DNA of 64,000 bases, taken from positions 162,064 through 226,063 of the forward strand of contig CAZCYO010000001.1 in NCBI GenBank assembly GCA_964503265.1, read 5' to 3'. Within the stretch, counting starts at the first letter, position 1. Every line of letters starts with the position of its first letter. The position numbers and the translations under genes are program-made. Positions 45,918-55,067 of the stretch are shown here, piece after piece. Below the pieces are notes generated by a model. The model had not been told where the DNA came from, made no database searches, and saw only the letters and a program-made list of their open reading frames with translations. The DNA is from an uncultured Gammaproteobacteria bacterium. GTDB lineage: Bacteria > Patescibacteriota > Microgenomatia > Levybacterales > UBA12049.

Positions 45918-45927
45918 CTCTTTCAGT

Positions 45928-46344
45928 ATGAAATTTGCAGTAATTAAAACAGGGGGAAAACAATATCGCGTGTCTGAGGGCGATGTTATAACCGTTGAAA
46001 GACTTGAAAATCCACAGAGTGAGCTTGTGACTTTTTCTGAAGTGCTTCTTATGGCTGATGGAGACGTAGTAACGATTGGTAAACCACTCGTTAGCGGCAT
46101 GACAGTGAGCGGAGTAGTCATAGAACATCCAAAAGGAGAGAAAATTCGTGTTTCACAATATAAAGCAAAAGCACGATTCCGACGGGTTAATGGACATCGA
46201 CAAGCTCTCACTACTGTTCGAATTGATATGATCGGAAATACAAAAGTATCAGGAGTATCAAAAGCTGAAGTAGTTAAAGAAGATACCGTAAGTACAATGA
46301 CACCACCTGTTAAGAAACCAGCTCGAGCTAAAAAAGCTGAGTAA
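45928..46344 (+). CDS. rplU: 50S ribosomal protein bL21 with Lys/Ala-rich C-terminal extension
   Basis: MKFAVIKTGGKQYRVSEGDVI...; 138 aa vs ~103 typical. Confidence 0.9.
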   Translation: MKFAVIKTGGKQYRVSEGDVITVERLENPQSELVTFSEVLLMADGDVVTIGKPLVSGMTVSGVVIEHPKGEKIRVSQYKAKARFRRVNGHRQALTTVRIDMIGNTKVSGVSKAEVVKEDTVSTMTPPVKKPARAKKAE

Positions 46345-46347
46345 GGG

Positions 46348-46386
46348 ACGATCTTATAGATCCTCGATCAGGTCGAGGATGACAGG
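46348..46386. repeat. right-hand sub-element of the repeat family (hairpin cctcga-tcagg-tcgagg + GATGACA), directly after rplU stop
   Basis: atagatCCTCGAtcaggTCGAGGATGACAgg vs atagatTCCCGAtcaggTCGGGAATGACAa at 32985-33016: stem changes are compensatory. Confidence 0.5.
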
Positions 46387-46406
46387 TTATTTACTAGAAA
46401 ATACTA

Positions 46407-46452
46407 TTGACTTTTGTGAAAAGTCGTTCTAGAATAAATTTAGTTTTCACAA
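46407..46452 (+). promoter_or_regulatory. rpmA promoter (TTGACT-17 nt-TAGAAT) bracketed by a 9-bp inverted repeat TTGTGAAAA / TTTTCACAA
   Basis: Near-consensus sigma-70 hexamers with exact 17-nt spacer; IR arms at ~46414-22 and ~46444-52 flank the -10. Confidence 0.5.
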
Positions 46453-46462
46453 GCATACAAAT

Positions 46463-46717
46463 ATGGCACATACAAAGGCACAAGGATCAGTACGAGGTAA
46501 CAGAGATTCAATCGCAAAGCGTTTAGGCGTGAAGGTTTATGGTGGAGCTCGAGTTATCAACGGAAACATCATCGTTCGACAAAAAGGAACCAAATTTCAC
46601 CCTGGAAACGGTACTTCAATGGGCAAAGATTATACAATCTATGCGCTCCAGGAAGGTACTGTCTTATTTAAAACTAACCGTGGAAAGAAAGTTATCGAAG
46701 TAATTTCACCAGTATGA
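46463..46717 (+). CDS. rpmA: 50S ribosomal protein bL27
   Basis: [16 protein letters not shown]...GTKFHPG. Confidence 0.95.
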   Translation: MAHTKAQGSVRGNRDSIAKRLGVKVYGGARVINGNIIVRQKGTKFHPGNGTSMGKDYTIYALQEGTVLFKTNRGKKVIEVISPV

Positions 46718-47556
46718 ATGGAACTGCCGACAGAATTTTCGAACTAGAACCTAACCAACTTCAATCAAACCCTCTTCAACCACGTGGTGTAATCACCCAG
46801 GAATCCTTAGCTGATCTCGTCGAATCAATTCGTGAACAAGGAATAGTCGAACCAATCGTCGTCGCTGAAACTCCGGCTGGATATCAAATCATCGCAGGGG
46901 AAAGACGATGGAGAGCTGCTAAAATCCTTGGTCTCGCTCAGGTTCCAGTCGTCGTTAAAATCACAACTCCACAAGGAATGCTCGAAATGGCTATCGTTGA
47001 GAACGTTCAGCGTGAAGATTTAAACCCTATCGAGCGAGCACTTGCCTATAAAAGACTTATCGATGAATTCGGTCTTGGCACGAATGAAGTAGCACGTCGA
47101 GTGGGAAAATCAGCTCCTACAGTTTCAAATACCATTCGACTTCTTTCACTTCCTGATGCTATTAAAGATGCGCTTGTCGCTGGAGTAATTTCAGAAGGAC
47201 ATGTCCGACCTCTTATCTCACTTGGTGATTCTAAACTCATGCTTGAAGTGTTTAAGAAGATCCTTCGAGATAATGCGACAGTTCGACAGACTGAGGAGAT
47301 GGCACGACAAATTAAAAGTGAAGTCCAGCAAAAAGATCCGACAAAGAAAAAAGAAAAACTGTATGTTCCAGAGCAAGATGCGATGGCTGAACAGATCAGA
47401 GAGAGATTTTCACTTGAAAAAGTAGCGATCGAACAGACGAGTAAAGTAGCTAGACTAAGTATCATCATTAAGGGAGACCCAAATGATACGACAGAAAAAT
47501 TAAAGTATATTTACGAAGTGTTAACAGGGAATAAAGAACTACCAATTCAAGAATAA
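46714..47556 (+). CDS. parB: ParB/Spo0J-family chromosome partitioning protein
   Basis: ParB N-terminal box [13 protein letters not shown] and HTH region [21 protein letters not shown]. Confidence 0.85.
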   Translation: MNGTADRIFELEPNQLQSNPLQPRGVITQESLADLVESIREQGIVEPIVVAETPAGYQIIAGERRWRAAKILGLAQVPVVVKITTPQGMLEMAIVENVQREDLNPIERALAYKRLIDEFGLGTNEVARRVGKSAPTVSNTIRLLSLPDAIKDALVAGVISEGHVRPLISLGDSKLMLEVFKKILRDNATVRQTEEMARQIKSEVQQKDPTKKKEKLYVPEQDAMAEQIRERFSLEKVAIEQTSKVARLSIIIKGDPNDTTEKLKYIYEVLTGNKELPIQE

Positions 47557-47605
47557 GATCCTCACTTTTTCTCTCTGTTTAGTATCCATATGTTTAATAT
47601 TCTAA

Positions 47606-48172
47606 TTAGCTTTTGGTGGTAAAGGGGTTATGTATAACCCTCCATGCAGAGATAGGCCAGTAGACAAAGAGGGCTTTTCCGATAATCTCATCTCTGGTTA
47701 TAAATCCCCACTCTCTGGAATCTGAACTTCCGGTTCTATTATCACCCATGACAATATAGTGTTCTTTCGGAATTGTAACTGTTTTTCCTTCTTCTAAGTA
47801 TGCTCCAGGATTTGTCTTAACATCATGCAGATATACTGTCTCACCAAGTTCTTTTCCATTTATATATACGTGTGTATCGTGAACACTAATCGTTTCACCG
47901 GGAAGTCCAATAATTCTCTTTATATAATCTTTTTCTTTATCGACTGGCGCTTTAAATACGATCACGTCGCCTCTTTTAACTCCATTAATTCTCAGTCCAA
48001 TCAAATTCGTAAGCAAATATTCACGGTCTTTATATGTCGGGAACATAGAATATCCACTCACCTGAAAAGGTCTAAAAAGGAAGAAATAGATAACGAGAAA
48101 TAGCCCGAAGGCCATAAGGATGGTCTGGAGCATATCTGACATGAGAAGATAGGAATGTTTCCAAAAAGACAT
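47606..48172 (-). CDS. lepB: signal peptidase I (S26 family)
   Basis: Catalytic Ser box VSGYSMFPT, Lys box region YIKRIIGLPGE, GDNRTGSSDSREWG. Confidence 0.85.
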   Translation of the reverse strand: MSFWKHSYLLMSDMLQTILMAFGLFLVIYFFLFRPFQVSGYSMFPTYKDREYLLTNLIGLRINGVKRGDVIVFKAPVDKEKDYIKRIIGLPGETISVHDTHVYINGKELGETVYLHDVKTNPGAYLEEGKTVTIPKEHYIVMGDNRTGSSDSREWGFITRDEIIGKALFVYWPISAWRVIHNPFTTKS

Positions 48173-48280
48173 GTGTCTATTATCTGCGGACCACGCTTAA
48201 AAGTCAATTAACATGAGGATTTGTCCTCACTGTTTCGCATAGAAATGCAGCGGGGGGTCAGAGGTGTAATTTGGGATCCC

Positions 48281-48315
48281 TATCTCATGACGAGACGGGG
48301 ATCCCAGGGGTATGG
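48281..48315 (-). terminator. hairpin tgggatccc / gggatccca (9-bp stem) downstream of the minus-strand module E ORFs; a second hairpin tgagga/tcctca + T-rich run lies at ~48211-48230
   Basis: Perfect inverted repeats between module E stop and lepB start; U-tract weak for the first, better for the second. Confidence 0.35.
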
Positions 48316-48330
48316 GATGTAGGATGCGAA

Positions 48331-48534
48331 TTATTGCTTGTCGACCGAGACAGCGCGTTGTTCACTCGATTCGATGCGTAATAAAAGGACAATGCTACAA
48401 AAAACGAGCTCTACTAAAAATAATAGAAAAAGCACGCTGTAGCCCCAAGAAAAGATAATGGAGCAGTACATCCCAGCTAGGCAGGCGATAACAACTAAGA
48501 AGCAGATCCGAGTACTCAGAGGTATACGAGCCAT
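48331..48534 (-). CDS. module E: two-TM mini-membrane protein (67 aa)
   Basis: SD AAAAGGAGG 7 nt before ATG (MARIPL...); the longer ORF-track version (to 48666) overlaps the upstream gene; GC-rich. Confidence 0.5.
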   Translation of the reverse strand: MARIPLSTRICFLVVIACLAGMYCSIIFSWGYSVLFLLFLVELVFCSIVLLLRIESSEQRAVSVDKQ

Positions 48535-48577
48535 AGGAATGCCTCCTTTTTTACTCATCCGCCGTACATCGGCGAGA

Positions 48578-48928
48578 TTAGTTCTGTGAGATTTGTCGCT
48601 GCGTGTCCTCACTAAGGACGCGCATGAACGTCGTGATGACTTCGTCTGATCGGCGCTGTAGGTCATGATCGATGAGTATCTCTCTGATCTTGACGTACTC
48701 CCTTTGACCGAGAATACCAGAGTGCCAGTGATTTGGTGAAGGCCAGCAGAAGAGTTCTGTCGGAGTATTCGTGTCTGGCTGGTACTGGATCAGAAGGATC
48801 TGGACGAGCATGAGTCTGGGGTACCGACGCAGTTCTATCATCATCCCATTATCTAATTCAATGGGGTAGATGGAAGGCTGACCGAATGTCAACTGCATGT
48901 GTAGCTTCGATCCTTCGACGTCACTCAC
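48578..48928 (-). CDS. module E: soluble protein (116 aa), LTF-motif family (KLHMQLTFGQP)
   Basis: GTG start with SD AAAGGAG 6 nt upstream; GC-rich codons. Confidence 0.5.
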   Translation of the reverse strand: MSDVEGSKLHMQLTFGQPSIYPIELDNGMMIELRRYPRLMLVQILLIQYQPDTNTPTELFCWPSPNHWHSGILGQREYVKIREILIDHDLQRRSDEVITTFMRVLSEDTQRQISQN

Positions 48929-49086
48929 GAGCGACTCCTTTCATGTAATACGAATGAACGACGCTCTATGCAGAAATAGTTTCTGAACAGGGTATCGCTC
49001 ACTCATACCATCCTAACATCTCAATGTGCGAAAAATAAATAAATTAAAAAGCAGCAAAACAGCCTGTAATTTATATATTATGGGGT

Positions 49087-49102
49087 ATTATAGCAAAAAA
49101 AA
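49087..49102 (-). promoter_or_regulatory. module E promoter on minus strand: T8 tract + extended -10 TGCTATAAT
   Basis: Reverse complement of 49081-49102 reads cttttttttGCTATAATacccc; leader contains TCGCACATTGAG (cf. TCGCACGTTTACA) at ~49020-49031. Confidence 0.45.
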
Positions 49103-49107
49103 GAGAT

Positions 49108-49836
49108 TTATTCTGGATCTGAGAAGATGAAGTCGGAGATTCTTCGCATGGCTTTGGTGTCCATGGGGTCGACGTTCATGGTTTTGATCATTCTGATAGG
49201 GTATTCGATAAAAAATGAAGCTGGATTTTTCTTCATGCGACGGTTTGAGGTATAGACGAGTAGTTTCGGATCGAATTTAATTTTCCCATGTTTTGCGATG
49301 TGATTGGCGATATCTAAATCTTCGTGCACTTCTTCGTTATCATTATTTACTTCATTACGAACTTTTTCCCACACAGCTTTCGTGAGTCCCATATTCATAC
49401 CATAGAGAATTTCATGGTTTTGGAACGTTTTAAATGTCTTCGCATGAAGGTTAACTACTTTCGTGGACTGTCTTCGAAAGAAAGCAGAATCTCCGTAACA
49501 GACAGGCCCACCAATTGCGTCAAATTTTTTCTCAGAGAGTGTTTCTTTAATGCGTTTAATCCAGTCAGGTGGAACATGTGTATCGGCATCACAGCGGGCT
49601 ATAATATCGCCTGTAGCGGCATCGAACCCTGCGTTACGTGCATATGATATACCCTGCTTCTTTTCGGTCACTACACGGACTCCAAAACGTTTCGCGATAG
49701 GGATAGTTCGATCTGTACAATTATTATCTACGACGATCACTTCATCAGGCATCTCAGACTGATTCATAATACTGTCAAGACACAGTGCGATATATTTTTC
49801 TTCGTTATAAACAGGAATTACAACCGATAGTTTCAT
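49108..49836 (-). CDS. GT2-family glycosyltransferase
   Basis: MKLSVVIPVYNEEKYIALCLDSI ... VVDNNCTDRT ... CDADT. Confidence 0.8.
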   Translation of the reverse strand: MKLSVVIPVYNEEKYIALCLDSIMNQSEMPDEVIVVDNNCTDRTIPIAKRFGVRVVTEKKQGISYARNAGFDAATGDIIARCDADTHVPPDWIKRIKETLSEKKFDAIGGPVCYGDSAFFRRQSTKVVNLHAKTFKTFQNHEILYGMNMGLTKAVWEKVRNEVNNDNEEVHEDLDIANHIAKHGKIKFDPKLLVYTSNRRMKKNPASFFIEYPIRMIKTMNVDPMDTKAMRRISDFIFSDPE

Positions 49837-49931
49837 AACTATTTACATTATAGCAAATGAGAGGAAGGGAATGTAGAGTTTCAGAGAATTCAAGTGTCAC
49901 TGATGCGAAAAGCTGAAATGTGATAATAGGA

Positions 49932-51761
49932 TTAAAGAGAGGAAATAAGATAATTTATATCATCAAAAAGGATCTGATACGCATTTTGATCAATTCCTTT
50001 CCCTTTAAACGTAGTGAGAACTAGTTTAAATGAATTTAGTGCAGCGAGTGAGTATACTTTGTGATTTGTACTTTGAGGATTCTTCGCTTTATTTATAATT
50101 GTGACTAGTCCATCTGCAATTTGTGGAATAATGAGATTAGTTGATTGTAATTCTCTAATATCATCAATGACTGAATCGTACGTTATTATTCGCTGTAGTT
50201 TATTTTTCTTTAAATTTTCTTTATCAAATTTTAATGTGTAAGTGTCATTACCTTTTCCCACAGCACCTATAACGTTCTTAGTTACAACTTCACCGTTACT
50301 GTCATACATAAATCCATTAAGTGTATATGTATGATTCTTTGTGCTATTTATGGATACTGTATATACAGTAGACGATGGTTTATTGAGAAGGAACATTGTG
50401 AATGGTTGCCCGTTTACTTGTGAAGTATTATTTTCATTAGTGATGGGGTCTTGGATGAATGATTCTCCTACAGCATTTCCGTTTGGATCTTTTACTGAAA
50501 TAGTTGTATTTTTATCAGAGTAAAATAATATATACGATAAATCTGTATTAGATGGGGTAAATTTACCGAGATTCTTAAATGTATTAGTATAATCAGTTAA
50601 AAGAGTACGAGAAAAATACGGATCATTTATTAAAAAAGTTGAATCTTGAATTCCTTTTGCTACGATAAAGTGACCAGGTTCTTCTAAAATATCAGGAATA
50701 TTATTAATAAGATCTGTGGTAAGTTGTATTTTATTTGCTCCTGCATATCGTTTATATTCTAATGCGTCATATGCGAATGATGGGTTTTTATCCTTTGCTT
50801 TTTTTGATAATCTCGATAACGCAAGCCAATTAACCCAGCCAGTATTTACATATCCATCAGGTTCTTTTTTAAGCCATGCATTAAGGGTATCTGGATTAAG
50901 CGGTGAATTATCAGGCATTTTCGTAATAATATGATATTGAAAAACCATGGCAGCAGACGTAAGCGCACACCCCCAACTCCCAATCCCCGTATCCTTCGGC
51001 GACCAACTATTTGCAGAATCATAAACATTATTCTTCCAAAGAGGATCAGTTTGCTTAATTAGTGGAACGTTTAAAGAAATTGAATTAGAATCTAAGCTTG
51101 TAACTTTGATGTTATCAAAATATACTTCAGTAACAGTGCTTCCAGAAGCCATGTGGAGTCCGATTTTTCCCGATGGTGAAGGATCGACTAAATATGTATG
51201 GTCTATGATTGGATCTGCTTGAAAATCTCTGTAAATTTTTATATTCTTATTGTTAATTATAATTTTAAAATGAATGGTTTGTTCATTTGAATAGTTACCA
51301 TAAGATATTGCAGTTGTGTCACTGGAATCTTCAACTCTCTGCAAAACAATATCGTTAGGGGATTGGATATGTATACCATTTAAATTACTTTCGTCATTAT
51401 ATCTAAACAAAAATGCATAATCAGATCCTTGAACTAACTCTATATCAAAATCAACAGCATAATTTTTGTTATTAAAATTCCAAGCAGAATCATTTGGAAC
51501 TAAAATTGAAAAACATCCACCTCCATTACTTACCATACCAATCTTTTTATCTAATATGTTGTCTGATTTACTCTTAATTTCCCATTGTGCAGGTTGACCA
51601 TTAAATGTACAATTATTGCTTGCAAGTGTCCAATTGTTAGAGTTTCCTTCATCAAAATTATCTTGAAAAAGTATGTCTGAAGCAAACGAAGATTTTGTCA
51701 GTATAAAAGATATAATTACAGGAAGAATAATGAGCAATGAAATTCTTAATAATATTCTCAC
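49932..51761 (-). CDS. secreted protein with N-terminal jelly-roll/lectin-like region and C39-like papain-fold cysteine peptidase domain
   Basis: Signal peptide MRILLRISLLIILPVIISFILTKSSFA; Cys motif GSWGCALTSAAMVFQYH resembles peptidase C39/BtrH-like. Confidence 0.45.
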   Translation of the reverse strand: MRILLRISLLIILPVIISFILTKSSFASDILFQDNFDEGNSNNWTLASNNCTFNGQPAQWEIKSKSDNILDKKIGMVSNGGGCFSILVPNDSAWNFNNKNYAVDFDIELVQGSDYAFLFRYNDESNLNGIHIQSPNDIVLQRVEDSSDTTAISYGNYSNEQTIHFKIIINNKNIKIYRDFQADPIIDHTYLVDPSPSGKIGLHMASGSTVTEVYFDNIKVTSLDSNSISLNVPLIKQTDPLWKNNVYDSANSWSPKDTGIGSWGCALTSAAMVFQYHIITKMPDNSPLNPDTLNAWLKKEPDGYVNTGWVNWLALSRLSKKAKDKNPSFAYDALEYKRYAGANKIQLTTDLINNIPDILEEPGHFIVAKGIQDSTFLINDPYFSRTLLTDYTNTFKNLGKFTPSNTDLSYILFYSDKNTTISVKDPNGNAVGESFIQDPITNENNTSQVNGQPFTMFLLNKPSSTVYTVSINSTKNHTYTLNGFMYDSNGEVVTKNVIGAVGKGNDTYTLKFDKENLKKNKLQRIITYDSVIDDIRELQSTNLIIPQIADGLVTIINKAKNPQSTNHKVYSLAALNSFKLVLTTFKGKGIDQNAYQILFDDINYLISSL

Positions 51762-51826
51762 TCTATATTTAAATTAGTCTGAGTAATTTTATTTGTCAAT
51801 AAGTATTTTTTGTAGATTTTAGAACT

Positions 51827-52873
51827 ATGAACATTCTTTTTTTATCTCGGCTTTTTTATCCTCATATTGGGGGGGTCGAAAAGCATGTTTTCGAAATTTC
51901 TAAGCAGCTTGTGGCACAGGGACATAATGTGACTATTATTTCTGAGAAAACTGACGATCGACTTGATGTGCTTACTCGTGAACAACGAATGATACTGAAT
52001 TCCTTTTCGCTTTATTATATTCCAGTCAGTAGTGAATGGTCTAAGAAGTTTACTATTTGGTCATGGATGTGGAAACATCGATCACTTATTACATCTGCTG
52101 ATGTCATTCACTGTCATGATGTGTTCTTCTGGTATTTACCATTTCGATTTCGATATCCACTTAAAAAAGTATTTACGACATTTCATGGATATGAGAGGTA
52201 TCCACTGCAGCGAAAAGCGATTATGGTTCGAAAACTATCCGAGTTACTTTCTGCTGGAAATATCTGTATCGGGGATTTTATCTCGAAATGGTATGGGACC
52301 AGTCCAACAATTGTTTCGTATGGAGCAGTAGACATGGTGGATAATCCAAAATCGCCGAAAGAAAGTTCAGCAGTTTTTTTCGGACGACTTGATGAACAGA
52401 CTGGAGTACTTATGTATCGAGATGCGTTATTAAAAATTAGACAAGTGTATCCACATTTTTCTATGAGAATAGTGGGGGATGGAAAATACAGAAAAAATCT
52501 CAGTTTTGTAAAAGGAGTAACAGTTGAGCCGTTTACTGCTGATGTGATTCCCATGCTTCAGAAACATCGATTTATTTTCGTTTCACGATATTTATCTATT
52601 CTGGAGGCACTTATACAGAAGCGACTCGTTTTCGCGGTCTATGATAATCCGATTAAAGAAGATTATTTGCGAATGTCACCTTTTGCGAAATATATCTATA
52701 TCGCAGGAAATGCAGCCGAACTTGCTAAACAAGTAATTTCGTATATTGAAGATCCAGTCGTTGGAGATAAGAAAGTACTTGATGGGTATGCATTTGCATC
52801 CACGAAATCTTGGGAAAAACTTGTTAATGATTATCTTTTTTTATGGAGTGGAGCTAAAAGAAAATCCCGATAA
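51827..52873 (+). CDS. GT4-like (GT-B fold) glycosyltransferase
   Basis: N-terminal RLFYPHIGGVEKHVFEISKQLVAQGHNVTIIS typical of GT4 N-domain. Confidence 0.55.
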   Translation: MNILFLSRLFYPHIGGVEKHVFEISKQLVAQGHNVTIISEKTDDRLDVLTREQRMILNSFSLYYIPVSSEWSKKFTIWSWMWKHRSLITSADVIHCHDVFFWYLPFRFRYPLKKVFTTFHGYERYPLQRKAIMVRKLSELLSAGNICIGDFISKWYGTSPTIVSYGAVDMVDNPKSPKESSAVFFGRLDEQTGVLMYRDALLKIRQVYPHFSMRIVGDGKYRKNLSFVKGVTVEPFTADVIPMLQKHRFIFVSRYLSILEALIQKRLVFAVYDNPIKEDYLRMSPFAKYIYIAGNAAELAKQVISYIEDPVVGDKKVLDGYAFASTKSWEKLVNDYLFLWSGAKRKSR

Positions 52874-54588
52874 GAACATATCGTGAATAAGAATAGTGAA
52901 AAAAATGTTAACAAACTAATTATTTGAGATATCTTTGTAATCTGGGGATTATTGTATGTCACATCAATCTTATATATCCCTTTTGGTAGCCTGAATGTCA
53001 TTATTCCGGGAAAATGGGAATTAGTGTACTGAATGTCGTGAATTTTATTGTTAGCTTTTATCGTCCAGTCAGGAAAGTAGAGAGTATTTTCTTTAAATTC
53101 GCTTGGTTCTTCGACAATAATATTATAATGATGTTCATTCGTTTTTCTCATACCTACGGTTATTTTTGCTTTTCCAGACAGTACTTCAAGTGGTTGTTTC
53201 GGTGGGTCTTTCATCCATACGTTTTTAGGATCTACCCATTTCGGTGCAGCAGGTGATAAGCCCTCTCCAAAGTATGTACTGATAGGAATATCTCGAGCTA
53301 ATTGCTTATCGAGTATATCGGGAATAACACGACGATTTCCCCAGTTCAAAATAGTAGTTATAATGGTTAAGAAAAAAAGTAGATAAAACCATAATGGTTT
53401 TTTTATATACTCTGTCACGACTGCTCCTACAATCGCAAAGAAAAAAATAGTCACAGAAAGAATACGATATGAAAATTGAAAATTTTTGATAAGTGGAATA
53501 GTGAACCATAACGGTTCTGAAATTTTTAACAGGAAAAATATCATTAATCCGATTCCAAGTAGCGCGAATGAAAGTAATCTCTTATGTATCCCTAAAAGTT
53601 TTGGTTTTTTATACATATATATTCCAGTTACTAATACCATCAATTGTGTATATCCAAGTAAAAATGATAGCTCACCATTAGGTCCTTGAAAAAGTAGACC
53701 ATATCGATATGGAGAATAGAGCAAGTCAGTTAGTGTTGCAAATGACATTGAGACACCAAGCGATTGAATTGTAAATTCTTTAAGGACTAGAAGTGGAAAA
53801 ACATAAAATCCACAGAGAAGTAATCCCACAGAATATATCGATATAAATCTGACATAATTTTTTTTAAGACTTTCAAATGTATTTATAATGAAGATATAGA
53901 GTATCGTAAAAGGAAGTGCTGTCAGTGAGACGGCTTGGTGTGAGAGAATAATGAACGCAATGCTGAGACTGCCAATAGTTATCCAGATGGGTTTTAGTTT
54001 TTTCTTAGAAATATTTTCGATTGATAAAAAAATAAGTGGCACAAATGTAATCGCACACATTTCACCGATATCAACTCGAAAGTGCATATTTACTAAGTGA
54101 TAAGGTGCATAGAGATAGAGAATAGCGCCAAAAAAAGCTGCTTTTTCACTTACTTTTTCGCGAAGGAAATAATACATAAATATCCCTGAGAATATATATG
54201 ACAAAGCAAGTGTTAGTTTTACACTGCTAACAAAACTAAATCCGAGGATATGAAAAAAAACATTTAGAAAATATGGGAGTGGATAGGTAAATATAAAGAG
54301 TGGGTATCCGTACATCGCATTAAGATTTCCTGCCCAAGTGGGTATGATATTTCCTTCTTGTAATGATTTAAATAGTTCCATAGTTTTATACACGTTAAAT
54401 GATAAGTCACCACTTTCATATGTACCGATTCGAAGTAAACTTACGAGTGGTAGTAACGAAAAAAGTAGTATGAATGGGGCAGAATAGATATGTAGTTTTG
54501 GATATTTCTTATGCAATAACAGAAATATACTAAAAAAAGTGATGAAAGCTAAGACATTAAAACCTGCCATAAAGTACGAATTTATCAT
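52831..54588 (-). CDS. large polytopic membrane protein with C-terminal extracytoplasmic domain (GT-C/YfhO-like)
   Basis: ~13 TM segments then ~150-aa soluble beta-rich tail; in glycan locus. Confidence 0.45.
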   Translation of the reverse strand: MINSYFMAGFNVLAFITFFSIFLLLHKKYPKLHIYSAPFILLFSLLPLVSLLRIGTYESGDLSFNVYKTMELFKSLQEGNIIPTWAGNLNAMYGYPLFIFTYPLPYFLNVFFHILGFSFVSSVKLTLALSYIFSGIFMYYFLREKVSEKAAFFGAILYLYAPYHLVNMHFRVDIGEMCAITFVPLIFLSIENISKKKLKPIWITIGSLSIAFIILSHQAVSLTALPFTILYIFIINTFESLKKNYVRFISIYSVGLLLCGFYVFPLLVLKEFTIQSLGVSMSFATLTDLLYSPYRYGLLFQGPNGELSFLLGYTQLMVLVTGIYMYKKPKLLGIHKRLLSFALLGIGLMIFFLLKISEPLWFTIPLIKNFQFSYRILSVTIFFFAIVGAVVTEYIKKPLWFYLLFFLTIITTILNWGNRRVIPDILDKQLARDIPISTYFGEGLSPAAPKWVDPKNVWMKDPPKQPLEVLSGKAKITVGMRKTNEHHYNIIVEEPSEFKENTLYFPDWTIKANNKIHDIQYTNSHFPGIMTFRLPKGIYKIDVTYNNPQITKISQIISLLTFFSLFLFTICSYRDFLLAPLHKKR

Positions 54589-54632
54589 GACTATATGATA
54601 TAGTTATCGAAGTTTTATCACAAGTATTCTTT

Positions 54633-55067
54633 ATGGTTAAAAAAAATATATTTTTACTTCTCATGTTCGTGTGGATTGTTCTCGCATTTTTTTCGATTTC
54701 GTATAATTCTGTTAAATCAATTTCAGAATATAAAGAATGGGGAACGATAAGTGATACACAAAAACGACAAAAAATATTTGGTGATTTATATGATTTTTAT
54801 CTACTCATTGATTCCCATACAGAAAAAAATGCACATATCCTGCTTTATGCATCTGATATGATGCCGTATTTTGTAGAGCGTTATTATTTGTATCCTAAAA
54901 TAATAACATTTACCTCCGATACATCTGAACTAACAAAATTTATAGAATCGAGAAAGTTCAAATATATTGCTCTCTATGATGCTGATATTCAGACAACTGA
55001 CTATATAAAGATAGGAAGTCTTCCCTCTACTAATAAGCACAAAGGGATACTTTATAAAATAAAATGA
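54633..55067 (+). CDS. hypothetical protein with N-terminal TM anchor
   Basis: 144-aa ORF translationally coupled to the next membrane protein. Confidence 0.4.
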   Translation: MVKKNIFLLLMFVWIVLAFFSISYNSVKSISEYKEWGTISDTQKRQKIFGDLYDFYLLIDSHTEKNAHILLYASDMMPYFVERYYLYPKIITFTSDTSELTKFIESRKFKYIALYDADIQTTDYIKIGSLPSTNKHKGILYKIK

